A stretch of DNA of 64,000 nucleotides from Camelus dromedarius. Its lineage: Eukaryota. The notes below the pieces were generated by a model. It was not told the DNA's origin, did not search any database, and saw nothing but the letters and a program-made list of their open reading frames with translations. Location: assembly GCF_036321535.1 (NCBI RefSeq), contig NC_087450.1:50902001-50966000 (forward strand). Direction: 5' to 3'. Both the position numbers and the translations under genes were made by a program. Within the stretch, counting starts at the first letter, position 1. Each line of letters begins with the position of its first letter. Below are positions 24,180 to 36,080 of the stretch, piece after piece.

Positions 24180-24520
24180 CCCTACGCACATGCCAAGCTT
24201 TAGTCATAGGGCCCTGGTCGTGGCCCCCGAAACCCAGCCTACTATTCCCTGCCTCCACACCGTTACATGTACTGTACCCACCGCCTGGAGTGCGTTTTCA
24301 CCAGGTTCACCCGCGGAGCTCCTTTTCCACCTTTCCGCAATCACTTGCGTCCCACCTCCAACGTGCAGCTTTCCCTGCTACCTCCTGGCGGCGTTCGGGC
24401 CACCTTAATGCTCTTACAGCTCCAACATACTGTATTCTCCTCTGCGAGCTCCTTGAGGGTGGGACATGGATCTTGGTCGTCTTTATCTCTCGCATCAAGA
24501 ATAGACCTGTACAGACTAAA
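24180..24520 (+). mobile_element. LINE-2 3' fragment, unusually CpG-rich
   Basis: Ends ctgcgagctccttgagggtgggacatggatcttggtcgtctttatctc (cf. L2 tgtaagctccatgagggcagggac). Confidence 0.55.
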
Positions 24521-24626
24521 AGCAAGTCAGTACTATTGGAGACAGAGATGTTAATGGATTTATCAAAAAAAAAAAATGTTAGGATAAAAATGCTACACTT
24601 AAATCCAAAACCATGCCATGAACAGC

Positions 24627-24669
24627 ATGTCACATGGGGTCACGATGTCACATGGGGTCACGATGCCAC
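24627..24669 (+). repeat. 18-bp tandem duplication (about 2.4 copies)
   Basis: atgtcacatggggtcacg x2 followed by atgccac. Confidence 0.9.
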
Positions 24670-25829
24670 CTGGCCTGTGTAGTGAGGGTGAGTATGTGCA
24701 CCTGTGGCTCCTGGGAAGCCTCCAAGCCCAAGGTCTTTCTTCCTTTAGTCATCAAGGAATTTACTGCCAGGGCATTGAGGCTGTGGCTAGCAGGAATGTG
24801 TACTTCTAGATTGCATCTGATAATTTAAATGAATAGCAAATGCACTAAGAGCAGCATGAAAAATGTTCAGACTCTGATGGTGAGAAAAGCCAAAGAAAAG
24901 CCACAGAAGTAGCCCCCGCTTACCCCACCCTTCCTTCTGCTTAGATCAGTGCCTCTGCCCTAAATGGCTCAACATGAGTCAGGGTCCTGGCAGGAGACAG
25001 AAGGGGTAACTGGGGAGAGTTGAATGAAGGGACTGTTTACAAAGTGTGAGAAGGACGAGGGCCACAAAAGGGATGCTGGAGCGCCCTGGGCAGGCAACAG
25101 TGGGGGGCGAGGAGCGGGAGGAGCCGTAGCTGACAGTGTAGGGACAGTGGTGGCTGAGGGGAAAGGCTGCAGAGAGGAGCAGGGGACTCTGGTGGAAGAG
25201 GCCGTGGCTTGGTGATATGGTGGTTGCTGGGCAGTAATAAGTACTCACTCTCACCCTCTGCTCTGGTGCTAGCACCTTCCACCGGCCAAACCCACCCAGA
25301 AACCAGAGGGCAAGGGAGCCCATTTCTAGAGCCCCAGGCCAGCCTGCAGGGCACAGAGCAGGGCAGAGGGTGGGTTTGGAGGAGCAAATCCAACATTCAG
25401 CATGGGCTTGCTGCACCTGGGCAGGCCACCTGCGTGTTAGTATGCCCATCTGCCAATGAGCAGATATCCTCCCAAGGACAATCTGTGTCCTTGCTGGAGA
25501 CTTTATGTTACGAGGCTTTGCCTTGTGCCCAGGTGGGTTCATGGGGGGACCTGGGGAGTGGAGTCTTGCACAGTTTGGCAGAGGTCAGTCATTTCCCAGG
25601 AGGACACGCTCCCTGACCAGATGGCAGTGCCTCTTCCATCGTCTGCCTTTTCCCCAGCAGATGTAGCCAGGGGCTTGGGCCTCAGGAGTTGGGTGGGGCA
25701 GGAGCCTGGCCAAGGAGATGCAGGGGGATTCTCCTTAAGGAAACACCTCGGCACACCTGTAGGAGTGTGCAAATTGCAGGAGAATGGGCTACTCTCTACC
25801 TGGACGTGTTGGGGCTGAAAGTAGAGAAG

Positions 25830-26010
25830 CCATGTGGTTTAGGCAATACATGGAAGCTTTGGGACCTGAACTTGAATCCTGACTCCAACCCTTACCTTAA
25901 GGGAAGTTCCTTAATCTCCTTGAGCCTCAGTTTCCATGGCTGTAAAATGGGGATGATAATTCTGACTGTTTCAGCTTATTGTAAAGATACGCTTATTGTA
26001 TGCTAAATAC
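25830..26010 (+). mobile_element. MIR
   Basis: gagcctcagtttccatggctgtaaaatggggatgataat. Confidence 0.75.
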
Positions 26011-26999
26011 TCCTTTGAGCGGATCTGGCCACCTGACCTTGTGCTTACTTTGGTCCCTGGCCCCTCGAAAACATTTTCGCCTTGGGCCTCCACCAGGTGA
26101 ATGACCAGGGAAGAAACTAAGGCAGCTCAAAATTATGGAAATGTTCAGGCCCTAAAATGGACTTGTTTTTCACTTTCCCACAAAGCATACTTACTAGGAA
26201 AAGTTGCGGAAAATTCGATGCTTAGTTTACAGTCCCAAGAACATGAAAAAGCTCCTCTGCCAGTTTAAAAAAAAAAGATGGATGTTGTTTCTGGGAGAAG
26301 GAATGTCGTACAGTGGCTCAGGCAGGAGACGGTGAGTCAGATGTGCTGAGAGCCGGGCCAGGCTGGCCCCCAGGCCCCCCGGTGAGTCAGTGCTGCCCGC
26401 GAGGCCGGCTGGGCAGTGGGCCCAGCGGGCCGCCGAGCCAGGTGCAGCCTCGTCCTGCTGGGACTGAGGCTTCACTGTCCCATCACCCGCCCTGCTACCT
26501 CACAGGGTGCCTTCTTCCACTGGTGTTGTCAGCCAGCGTCGTCGATGCAGGCAGTTGCTGCTGTGGTCGCCCCCTTCCCCCTTTTTCCTGTAACATTTAT
26601 CTGCTTCTGGATGAACCCCTCAACCTCCTGGCCCAACCTGGCCACCCATCCTCGCAGCTGACCCGGAGGTCCTGCTCCCTCTGTTGTCTCTAGGGATCTG
26701 TTGATGGAGATGCTATGTCTGGCAGAGCCGAGGTAGAAGAGAATGTTCCATCTGGGGGTCTTTGAACAATGAGTGTCCCTGGAGCTGGAGGGCTTTCCCC
26801 CCAGCTTCCCTGGAGGGACCCAGCCTGCAGAAAATCAGGATGCTGGAAACCAGACATTTAAGACACGAGAGGCAGAAAGTCTCCACAGGTAACAAGAGGT
26901 TTGCACAACCTGGACTAGAAGCTTGTCCCAGGCAGGTGGGCAGAGTCAGGAGTAAAGGGCCCATTTAAGAGATCTGGTTCCAGACCAGGCACTCCACCC

Positions 27000-27250
27000 C
27001 TTACTTGAAGAAAGTTTGACCTCTTCAGATCCTATTTTTCCTCATCTTTGAAATGAAGGAGACAGTTCTTATCTCACAGGGGTTTGTGAGAATTAAATCA
27101 AGATAGTTGATGTACAAGTACATTGTGATCTAAACATTTTAAAAATAAACGTAAGATGCTACTATACATTATTAGACAAGGAAGGAAGGATCAGAGAGGT
27201 TAATGCCTCACCTGAAGTCACACAGCTAGAGGACCCAAACACCAGTTTCC
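27000..27250. mobile_element. Two adjacent MIR fragments in opposite orientation
   Basis: Plus: tttttcctcatctttgaaatg..gtgagaattaaatcaagatag. Then minus: gatcagagaggttaatgcctcacctgaagtcacacagctag. Confidence 0.6.
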
Positions 27251-27405
27251 TCTTTCCATTGTTCTCTGTTATCTCGGTTTCTTCCATTTTGTGGGGAAGA
27301 CACAGTGTTTTAATTAGTTTATCATTTTAAGCTCAGGGTGAGGGTCCTTTGCGGGTTAGCCAGGACCTTGACCTCTCTGGCTGGAGTGTCCTCCGAGCAG
27401 CCCGT

Positions 27406-27423
27406 CACAGGCAGAGGGCGCTG
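27406..27423 (+). promoter_or_regulatory. Candidate CTCF motif
   Basis: cacaggcagagggcgctg has one mismatch to the CCRSYAGRKGGCRS core and sits in a CpG-rich patch. Confidence 0.3.
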
Positions 27424-29539
27424 TGGCTCTAGGGGTAGCAGCGCCCCCACGGTGTGGATTTCAGCTGTGAGTGCCACTTCCGCCTTATCGCTCCCGCCCC
27501 GTCCGAATCCTCCTTGGCAGTTTGCTGTTTGCCCTTTGTCCCCAGCACCACTGTTCCCTTCCGTCCTGCAATGACCACACTCCTTGGTCCCGGTCTGCTC
27601 CCCTCATCAGCCTGGGTGGCCCACGTCTTCCTCATCTTGTCCTTTCCCTGGTGCGGATGGACACCTGACTCCCAGTCTGGCCTGCAGGATGTGCTGGAGC
27701 AGGTGGCCGAGCTGTGTGGAGGGTCTGCTCAGGTGAGGCAGGCAGCTTTCTGGGTGGATGTCCTGGGGTGGAGGTGGTTGCCTCCATCTTGATAGGCACA
27801 GAAAATGTCTATCATTGTTCATATTTTATGCATTTTCTGGGAGGGCTTAAGGGTGGCAGTGACTTCATTCATGCTGGTTGGGGTTAGCTGTGCGGGTCAG
27901 GAGAGGCCCTGTCCACAGTCGACAATCCCTGCTCTGCTGTGAAAAAACGTTCTCCTTGGAGCTGAGCTGCCCACCATCCCCTGGGTCACATCTGATTGCA
28001 GCACCACTGGGCAGAGCTGAACCTGGCTGATCCTTGTCCTCAGGACCTTCAGAGAAAGAGAGGGGGACCTGAGTGGGGTGGTCTCCACCCCCTCCCCACC
28101 CCTGTCTCAAAGACGATAGCTCTGGTTTGTAGTGGGAATTGGGGCTCCAGGTGACCGTTTGAAAGCAGAGATCCATGAAAGCACAGAAGGAGATGGGGCC
28201 AGTGTAAGACAATTCATGGCGAGTTAGCACAGATCCAGGGCTAAAATCTGGTTTCCTGGTTGTCCAGCTCAAATACTAGTCTTTTAATTTCTCCAGCCCT
28301 TTCATCCTTGAGATTCCCTTCCTAGTTATTGTGGGTTGGTTGGATTGATGTCCAGGTGAACGGATACATGAGGGGTTTCCAGGTGACATAGGCTGGGAGT
28401 CCAGTGGGCCCAGGTGCCTAGAGACAGAGCATTCCCCGGGGGCCACGGATGGAGACTCCCATTTTCTATCTTCCAGCTGTTTCAGTTCAGTTCCAGGAAT
28501 TATGCAGAGGGAAGGTGCAGGAGCATGGAGCTGGGCAAGTAAGGTGGTTGGACTTGGGTTCTAGAAGCCTCACCCCAGATGGAGCAGGTGGTTGGAGCAG
28601 TGTTGGGGACAGGGCTCTTGTGGGAACATGGGTGAGGAGAGTGCAGCTGGGTGGCTGGCTCAAGCACTATCTGGGTGCTGCTGGCCAGCTTCCCGGGTGG
28701 CGGGAGGCTCAGCCAGACCCGCCTGTGCTGGCCATCAGGGAGAGACTTCCCTTGGCCTGGTTTCCAAAGGCAAGGCACAGCCAAGGCCAACATGCTGTTA
28801 CCAGCTGGGATCTTGGCATTGTCGTCCCTGGACCTCGGCAGGGCTCTCAGCCTTTCCCACAGTCCCCTCTCCTGCCCGGACAGAGCTTGGTCTGCAGTGA
28901 GCGCCCATTCCACCACGAGATAGGTGTGGAGTGCCACTCTGGTACCCAGAGGGGACGGTGGTAGTCCTGGGAACAGAGTTTCGGCATGAAGCAGAAGAGA
29001 CCAATGGGCAGGTCCACTTTGACCCCTAATGGGCTGAAAGGCCTTGAGTCCTGTTGCCTCACCTGTAAAACTGAGGTTGATCGGATTCAGATAAGGGACG
29101 TGCATCCAGGCTGGCCCCTGCGTGGGGCCATGCTGATATAAGGGGCTGTCTCTGCCCTCAGAGCTTTTTGGTCTGATGGGGCAGATTTAAAGAGAACACT
29201 GATTTCTACGGTATGAGGCAGAATTGCATTGTGGCCTGCCCCAGGGGTAGGAAGGTGGCATTGTGGGTTCTCAGAGAGGGGAGACAACCATACCTTGTCC
29301 TGCTAACCAGGGAAACCTTCACACAGCAGATGGCATTGGGAGATGGCTTGACTATGGCAGACAGGAGTGTTCCCTGTGAACACAGTAGGACTGGATGGTG
29401 TCTGGGGGGATGAGACAGAGTATGTGTGCACCTTCAGCTCCCTCTTCCCAAACTGCTGTTGATAAAATAGCTGCAGTTTATTGGGAGCTTCGTGGGATAG
29501 GGGAATGCGCTTGGCCTTATCTCCGTGGATTCTTATGAC

Positions 29540-29700
29540 TACTCTGTGAGGCATTCATAGCGTTACCTCTGTTTTGCAGACCAGGAAACTGAGATTCAAC
29601 TAGCTTAACTTGCCCAACATCCCATGACCGCTAATCTGCAAAACTTGGATTCTAACCCAGGTTGATTTGTTCCAAGTCTATCTTTTTAACCACTCTGCCT
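29540..29700 (-). mobile_element. MIR
   Basis: tgttttgcagaccaggaaactgagattcaactagcttaacttgcccaac. Confidence 0.7.
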
Positions 29701-30299
29701 GCAGTCCTTTGTGGTTTTAAAATGCTTCCTTCTTTTCTTTTTCCTGGATCCAGGATATTTTGAAACCTGTTCCTTGCCAGCTTTCTAAGATGCCTTCCCT
29801 TGCTTTGCTACATAACATATTCTGTTCTTGGCCTGCATCTGTGACCCTTCCCTCCAGGTTTCTGCACATCCCTGGGGCAAAACACATGGACATGAGAAAG
29901 ATCAGGAATCAAAGGGACACATGTCACTGCACTGTGTTTTGGCTGAATGTTCAGCCTTCAGCTAGGCTGGAAATCCATTCAGGGCTCGATAGATCATCGT
30001 GCGTGGATGCATTCAAGATGCCACTTCTGTCAGTGGCGTTCTGGTCATTTCTGTGGTTCTTGTCCTAACCCAAGACAGGGAACACAGTGTGTGCTCAGTT
30101 AGTAAGTGTTGGGTAGATGAATGATGGGGTCACTTGACTTTCCATGATTGCTGCTTTCAGCAGAGTTACTGTAAAGGAAATAGACAAGACTCATGTCTGC
30201 TGGCTTTCTGCACAGTGAGTTCTAAATGTTTGGTTGCTCTCAGATTTCCTAGGACAGCTGGGGGCCCCCTAGGGCAATACTGTTTTTCAATAATAAAGA

Positions 30300-30440
30300 C
30301 TAATTAATTAATTATCCAATTCATCCACCAGATGTTTATTGGTACCTACCACATGCCCAACCCTCTTTTTAGGTATGGCAGATAGAGCGGTGGATAATAC
30401 CGCGTCCCTGCCCTCACGGAGCCTACATTCCAGTAAAGTT
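30300..30440 (-). mobile_element. LINE-2 3' fragment
   Basis: ttcatccaccagatgtttattggtacctaccacatgcc..gtccctgccctcacggagcctacattccagt. Confidence 0.7.
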
Positions 30441-31749
30441 AGGACCCACTGAGAAGCATCATGGGCCCACAAATGTCTGCTGGTTGATTTTTCCTTGTGT
30501 AATGTGTTAATTTAGAAAACATTTAAAGCTCTGTTGTACTCATAACCTTTCAGCTATCAGGTTACTGCTCCATTTTTAGGAAGAACATTTACCCAACTAC
30601 CAAATCATCAGAACTCTGCAGGGAGACTTTTCTTATTCAGAAACACTCCCATAACATCTGTGATTCATACCATTTGTTTTATGTAAAGCAGGGATTCCTA
30701 CCGAAGATTGCAAGCAGGTTAGATTTGGCACCAATTGAAGTACAAGTTGGGGCTGAAACCTCAAGACCGCAAGGCCCTAGCAGGGGAAAGCCATTAGCAT
30801 ATGCATGACTCCCATGTCTTCTGTTTATAGGTCTCTTGTCAAAGCGAATGATTTTTCACTTTGGTGAAAACTTGTAACTTGCCGAGAGTTCCTGCTGTAA
30901 AGTATGAATGTCGGAAATCCAAACAAATCTCTGGGATTCTTACATACTACTATCTTCAGAAAAGGTAGGCATTCTTTAAACGGGGAGAAGACTGCCGGGA
31001 CCCAGAAACCCCAGCTCAAGAATTTGCTCACTGTTCTTCCCTCCTTTCCATGACCGCTCGTGTTTGGTCCTTCCCCGTGGAGTGCAGAGGTGTGACTGTG
31101 AAATCAGGATTCTGCTTTTCACGTGTGGCATGGGTAAACTTCCTCCTGATGTAAAGTCATTACACTTTTAATTTAATTGTCCCCCCCCAGGCAGCTAAGA
31201 GGGGGAAAGGCATCCAAGTTTCACTCCGGTTGAGTTTAGTTGGCTTTGCCTGCAGGAGGTGCGAACCGCTCTGGGCCGTGGTAGGCGTTAAGGGTCCAAA
31301 CATCTCAATGCTTTCTACTTCTTGATTTGAGCGGCGAAGTATTTCATGAGGCTTTATATTTAACACTGGGGATACTTTCTGAAAAAGAACAAAAACATCC
31401 CCTCCTCTGCGCTCATTTTACTAGCTTGGTTCTGCCTGTGAAGTGCACATGCCCACCCAGACGCTGGGTAGCTAGCCTGCCCAGAGTGGGGTCTCAGCTC
31501 CCACCCCCTGGCTGTTGGCCTAAAGTGTATTTGGCCTTCTTGCTCTTCCGTCAAGAGGGGCGCCAACATTTTGCAGCTGATGTGTTTGGAGTAAAAATGT
31601 TTACAGGCCCAGAGGAGCATTAGCAGCATTGCAAATGCTTTTTATTAAGACTGAGAATGAAGCTGAGTTATAGCCTTTTCTGCTTATGGTCCTGGGGAGT
31701 TGGATTTTTCTGTTTTGCTGTTGATGTGGCTGGAAGCAGGAGCTCAGTT

Positions 31750-32000
31750 CCTAATGAGGGAAATTGCTGACATTCATACGATTTGTTTATTGAGCATCAG
31801 AGCAGTAGGACAGATTCAGAAGGAATTCTTTGGGAGTTTTGAGGAGAAGACGATAATTACTCATGAAGAGAAGCAGAAGGCTTCCTGGAGGAAGCTTCTG
31901 CTGCGTCTGGAGGATGAAAGAGCTCAGCAATCAACCAAGGGGGATGGTTGTGATGGAGGAAGAAAACTCTTGGCAGAAGGAGAGGAGAGGCTGGAGTGGC
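31750..32000 (-). mobile_element. LINE-2 3' fragment
   Basis: cattcatacgatttgtttattgagcatc..gaaggcttcctggaggaag. Confidence 0.55.
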
Positions 32001-34559
32001 TGTAACACAGAGTAAAGGCTGGGGAGTGAGCAGGACATAGGCTGAAAAGGGAGCTGAGCTGAGATTGCAGAAAGATTCACAAATGGACGCATGTGAAATT
32101 TGTAATAGTATTGGAGAGCCTTAAGAGTTTTGTGTGAATCTATGCTTTGAAAGGACAGCTTGTTGGCTATCTCTCGATCCTGTGGCTGTGCACCGTAGCT
32201 GTCTGTTGGGATCTGGAGAACACAGTCCACATCAGGCCTGCCAGACTCAGCATCACGGGGTCCCTGCTGGAACGGAGGTTGGGCCCGCATGGTCAGCTGA
32301 GTCCACCTGCACTGAGGAGTTCTTGCTATGATGACATCTGAATGGTATTCTTCAATATGTGGCTTTGGGCCGGCTCCCCAAAGGATGAAATAGCCAGACC
32401 AAGCCAGTCCTGTGAGTGGAGTGTATTCAGACTCATTCAACAATGACACTGCCATCTTTGTAGTTTCCTATGATGTGTGTGACCCAGAGGTCATTGCAAA
32501 CCCTCCCAGCCCAGGGGGCCTGGGTGCTGAGTCTCAGACTTTGCTTGGTGTTCTCTTCCAGACTAGCCTTGGAGTGTATGTCTGCCCACACCAGTGGATG
32601 GAGTTGTTCACCGACCCCATCTCCTTTTTTCTGGGTATTCTCTAGAGTCTTGTTTCTCCATCATTGTTGGGTGAATGAAAGGAGTAGCAGAAAGTCTTGT
32701 AAGACAGACAGACAGATGTGCTGGCTGTCTGGAGGCTCGCAGGAGAGCGTCAGCTCAGCTCAGCGTCAGCTGCTGAAGGACGCCTGGAGTCTGCTCAGTG
32801 GCCGGGAAGGATGCTGCCTCCTCTGCCGATGACGGGAAAGCTGACCCTGCTCCTGGTTCCAGTGCCTTGGGGGGCTGCTTGGTGTGAGACTAAGTCAAGG
32901 GGCTGCAACCACCCCCAGTCCCAGGCCATAAAAACTCTGCAGCCAGGTCATGTGCAGTCCCGCATAAAAAACAGTCATATTACTGAGCAATAATCCCACA
33001 TCATAAGGTTTATCTTCTGGATTCCAGGCCCATGTCTCAGGACTCCAGTCTGGCCTTGGGCTGTGCACAGAGAAGGGGGAGCCATGGATGGTCTGGGTAG
33101 GATGTTTAAAGTAGTGCTGATTCTAGCCTGGGTTTTGTTTAGCTTGGTTAAACTCTCAGATGCATGGCGATTAAATCAGAAACAGTTCATGGTACTGTTT
33201 GTATGGGAAAATTGCCTGTGTGGGATTTTTATGTTCTAACCTACTTGTAACAGAAAGATAGCTGTTCTCTCTGTGATACAATCAGCCGTGACCTACTGGA
33301 AAGACTGTTAGAGCAGGGGTCCAACTCCTGGGTTCTCGTCCCCCTGTCACTCTCTTGCTCAGTGACCTCAGATGCGTCTCTTCCCAACGGGTTTCCGTTT
33401 TCACACCTGTAGGATGGGGTGGTTGGACTAGATGGTATTTGAGGTTCCTCCACCTTTGGGAAGTGGATCGTGACAACTCAGAATTTTTTTCAAGAAACTT
33501 GGAAACAGCAGGAGGACATCTTAGAAAACTGATGTAAAATGTCACTTTTGAAAATTCCCCTGTACAAACCTCATGATTAAATGTTTTGCCAAACTGGTTT
33601 TGGGTGGGCTCAGGGTCAGTGAATCAGAAACAGAAACCTGAATTTGTCCTGGGAATTCTTGGTGGTTGGAATCAAGTGCCTATGTGAGTCCCTTCAGCCT
33701 TTCCCGAAGAACAAAGATCAGAGAGGCTGAGGGACAGACTTTCTAGAACAACAGGCAGTTCTTTATGGAGCACACGCCATGTGCCCAGCCCTTTGGCTGG
33801 CAGCTGAAGATGGGCCTAACCTCGCTGGGTGGGGACAAGTCATGGTGGCCCATGGCAAGTGTGTGGTGGGAGACTGGACAGTCCCGGGTGCCTCTGTGGG
33901 CTGCCTGCATGTGTTTCCACGGCAGCTGTAGGGTTGCGCCGTGTCTGAATGGCAGAGGGCCCTTCTGCCGCTGGGGTGACCAGTCTCCCTGTTTTCTCGG
34001 AACTGAGGATTTTCCTGGGACGTGAGACTTTCAGTGTTAAAACAAGAGCATTCCAGGCAAACTGGGATGGCTGGTCACCCTACCTGCCACTGATCTGGCT
34101 TAGGAGGAGCTGTGATTAATGGGCCTGCAGTAGCATTCATTTCATCCGTTACCTCCCCTGGGGCTTGTTAATCAGTGGGAAAGAAGCAGAAAATCATACT
34201 GGCGTGGGTTTCTGGGTTCTTGACCCAAAGGCAATCCCTGTGAATGCTTGTAAGTAAACAGACTCTCAGAGAGTTCCCTCCTCCAGCTGGTAATGACCTT
34301 GAGGCAAGGAAAGGTTGATTCCATGGGGCTAGGTGGCCCCCTGCTATTGAGAAGTGTTTCATTATCCCACGTGGAGCTGAGGCTGGCCTCTGGTCGGTGG
34401 GGGATCACATATCTGTGGCTCAGCCTCGGGGGGAGCTATGCCCCAAACAAAGCCACAACCATCTTGGCAGAATGATTTAATGAGCTGGGAGTATCCTTAA
34501 GAAGCAGCAGGCCTTCATTCAGCCAGAAACAAAACAATACTACCCATAGCAGAGATAAA

Positions 34560-34740
34560 CCCTTTCTTCTCATTGGAGTATCCTTTCCCATCTAAGGCAG
34601 GTAGAGCAGTTTCAGCCCATTTACCAGATGACAAGACTGAGGCTAGGAGGTGTAAAGGGTCTTGCCCAGGAATCGTAGGTAAATGAGAGCCCCAGATCTG
34701 TCCTTCCCAGGACATCATGGAGATGTACTAATGCCCTAAG
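34560..34740 (-). mobile_element. MIR
   Basis: cagcccatttaccagatgacaagactgaggctaggaggtgtaaagggtcttgcccagg. Confidence 0.65.
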
Positions 34741-35524
34741 TGGTACCCGACAAGTACCCTTGGGATTAGAGGGAGGATTCTGTAGCAGGTGCTGTAGCCC
34801 CTCTGCTTTCGGAGGAGACATGAGTGTGTGAAGGAGGAGGAAGAAGAGGAGAAGGGGTCCCTCTGGGATGTTTTGAGGATTGAACAGCACCATGTGGGCA
34901 TCATCTGCTTCTCTGGAGAATTAAGGCATATTTACTGGGTACCCAGCGTGTTCCAGGTGTAACGGTTAGGAAGTGGACGATTGATTTAAGGAAATAGGGC
35001 TTATTTTTCTCAGTTCAACAAGAAGCCCAGGGGTGGAGTCCAGGGCTGCTGCTGGGTGTTGATACCACCATTATTGCAGGCACCTTCCCTGCACAGAGTG
35101 TGGCTTTTATCCTCAGGGGTCTTTCATGGGTCAGAAAGTGGCAGCTGCAGCCCAGCCTCCCATCCACATCACAGGCAGGAAGATGCCTAAGGAAGCTTGT
35201 GTTGAAACGGGCAGCTCGTGTGTCAGGAAAGAAACTTCATACACAGATGGCAAATGGACTCCCACTGAGGTCTCCTGGCTGGAACTCCGTGCTGTGTCCC
35301 CTGAGCAGTAGGGGAGGCTGGGAAGGCAGGTCTTTAGCTGACTGCCTCCCTGCACTGAGCAGTACTGAGTTTCTTTAGGAAGGAAGTGGGGAGGATGGAT
35401 ATTGGGTCGGCAGTGAGTGGGGTTGGCCATACCAGGCCTGGCTAAGCTATGCTTGGGGGTGGTGCGAGCAAAGGGAATTTAAATGATCACAGAATCAGAG
35501 TTTCAGGGGCCTTGATTCTGGGAT

Positions 35525-35544
35525 TGTGTGTGTGTGTGTGTGTG
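35525..35544. repeat. (TG)n microsatellite
   Basis: About 10 TG units. Confidence 0.9.
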
Positions 35545-35859
35545 TACCCACATGTATGTGCGTGTGTATATGTACAACTCTTGACTTCTCAGAACTCACA
35601 TTTGATTGCAGAGACAAAACAATGACCCATTAAACTGAATACTGATCAGTTAACCTTTGTGGCCAGCCCAGGGCTCTTTGAAGGGCAGGCCTGTGCTTTG
35701 CTGGAGGTGGGGCTCAGGCAGAATGGGGAGAAAGAGGGGCTCTACTGGTGGGTGACTTTCTCCTTCTGGAGCTAGAAAGATGCCTCCGAGGTTTGGAGCA
35801 GAGAGGGGGTCCTGAGGGATGGCTCCACCCATCAGCTGTGTAAATGCTTTTGGGGTGGG

Positions 35860-36080
35860 TCACACTTACCATCTCCTAGGTGCCATACTGTAATATTTCC
35901 ACATACTTTCACATTTCATCTCATTTGCTCTTCCCCACAGGTGTGTGAGGCAGGCAGGCTGGGGCGTTATTCCGGCTTTAGAGGACAAGAGAATTGAGGC
36001 CCAGAGAGAGGAAGGAGCCTTACTCAGTAAGCTGCTCGGAGGCCTCTCACCTCAGACACCAAGCCCAGGTTCCCCGAGGT
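35860..36080 (-). mobile_element. MIR
   Basis: catttcatctcatttgctcttccccacag..ttagaggacaagagaattgaggcccagagag. Confidence 0.6.

Noticed and set aside
32328-32341. C/D snoRNA boxes (ATGATGA, CTGA)
   Set aside because: Only 3 nt apart, with no guide region or terminal stem.
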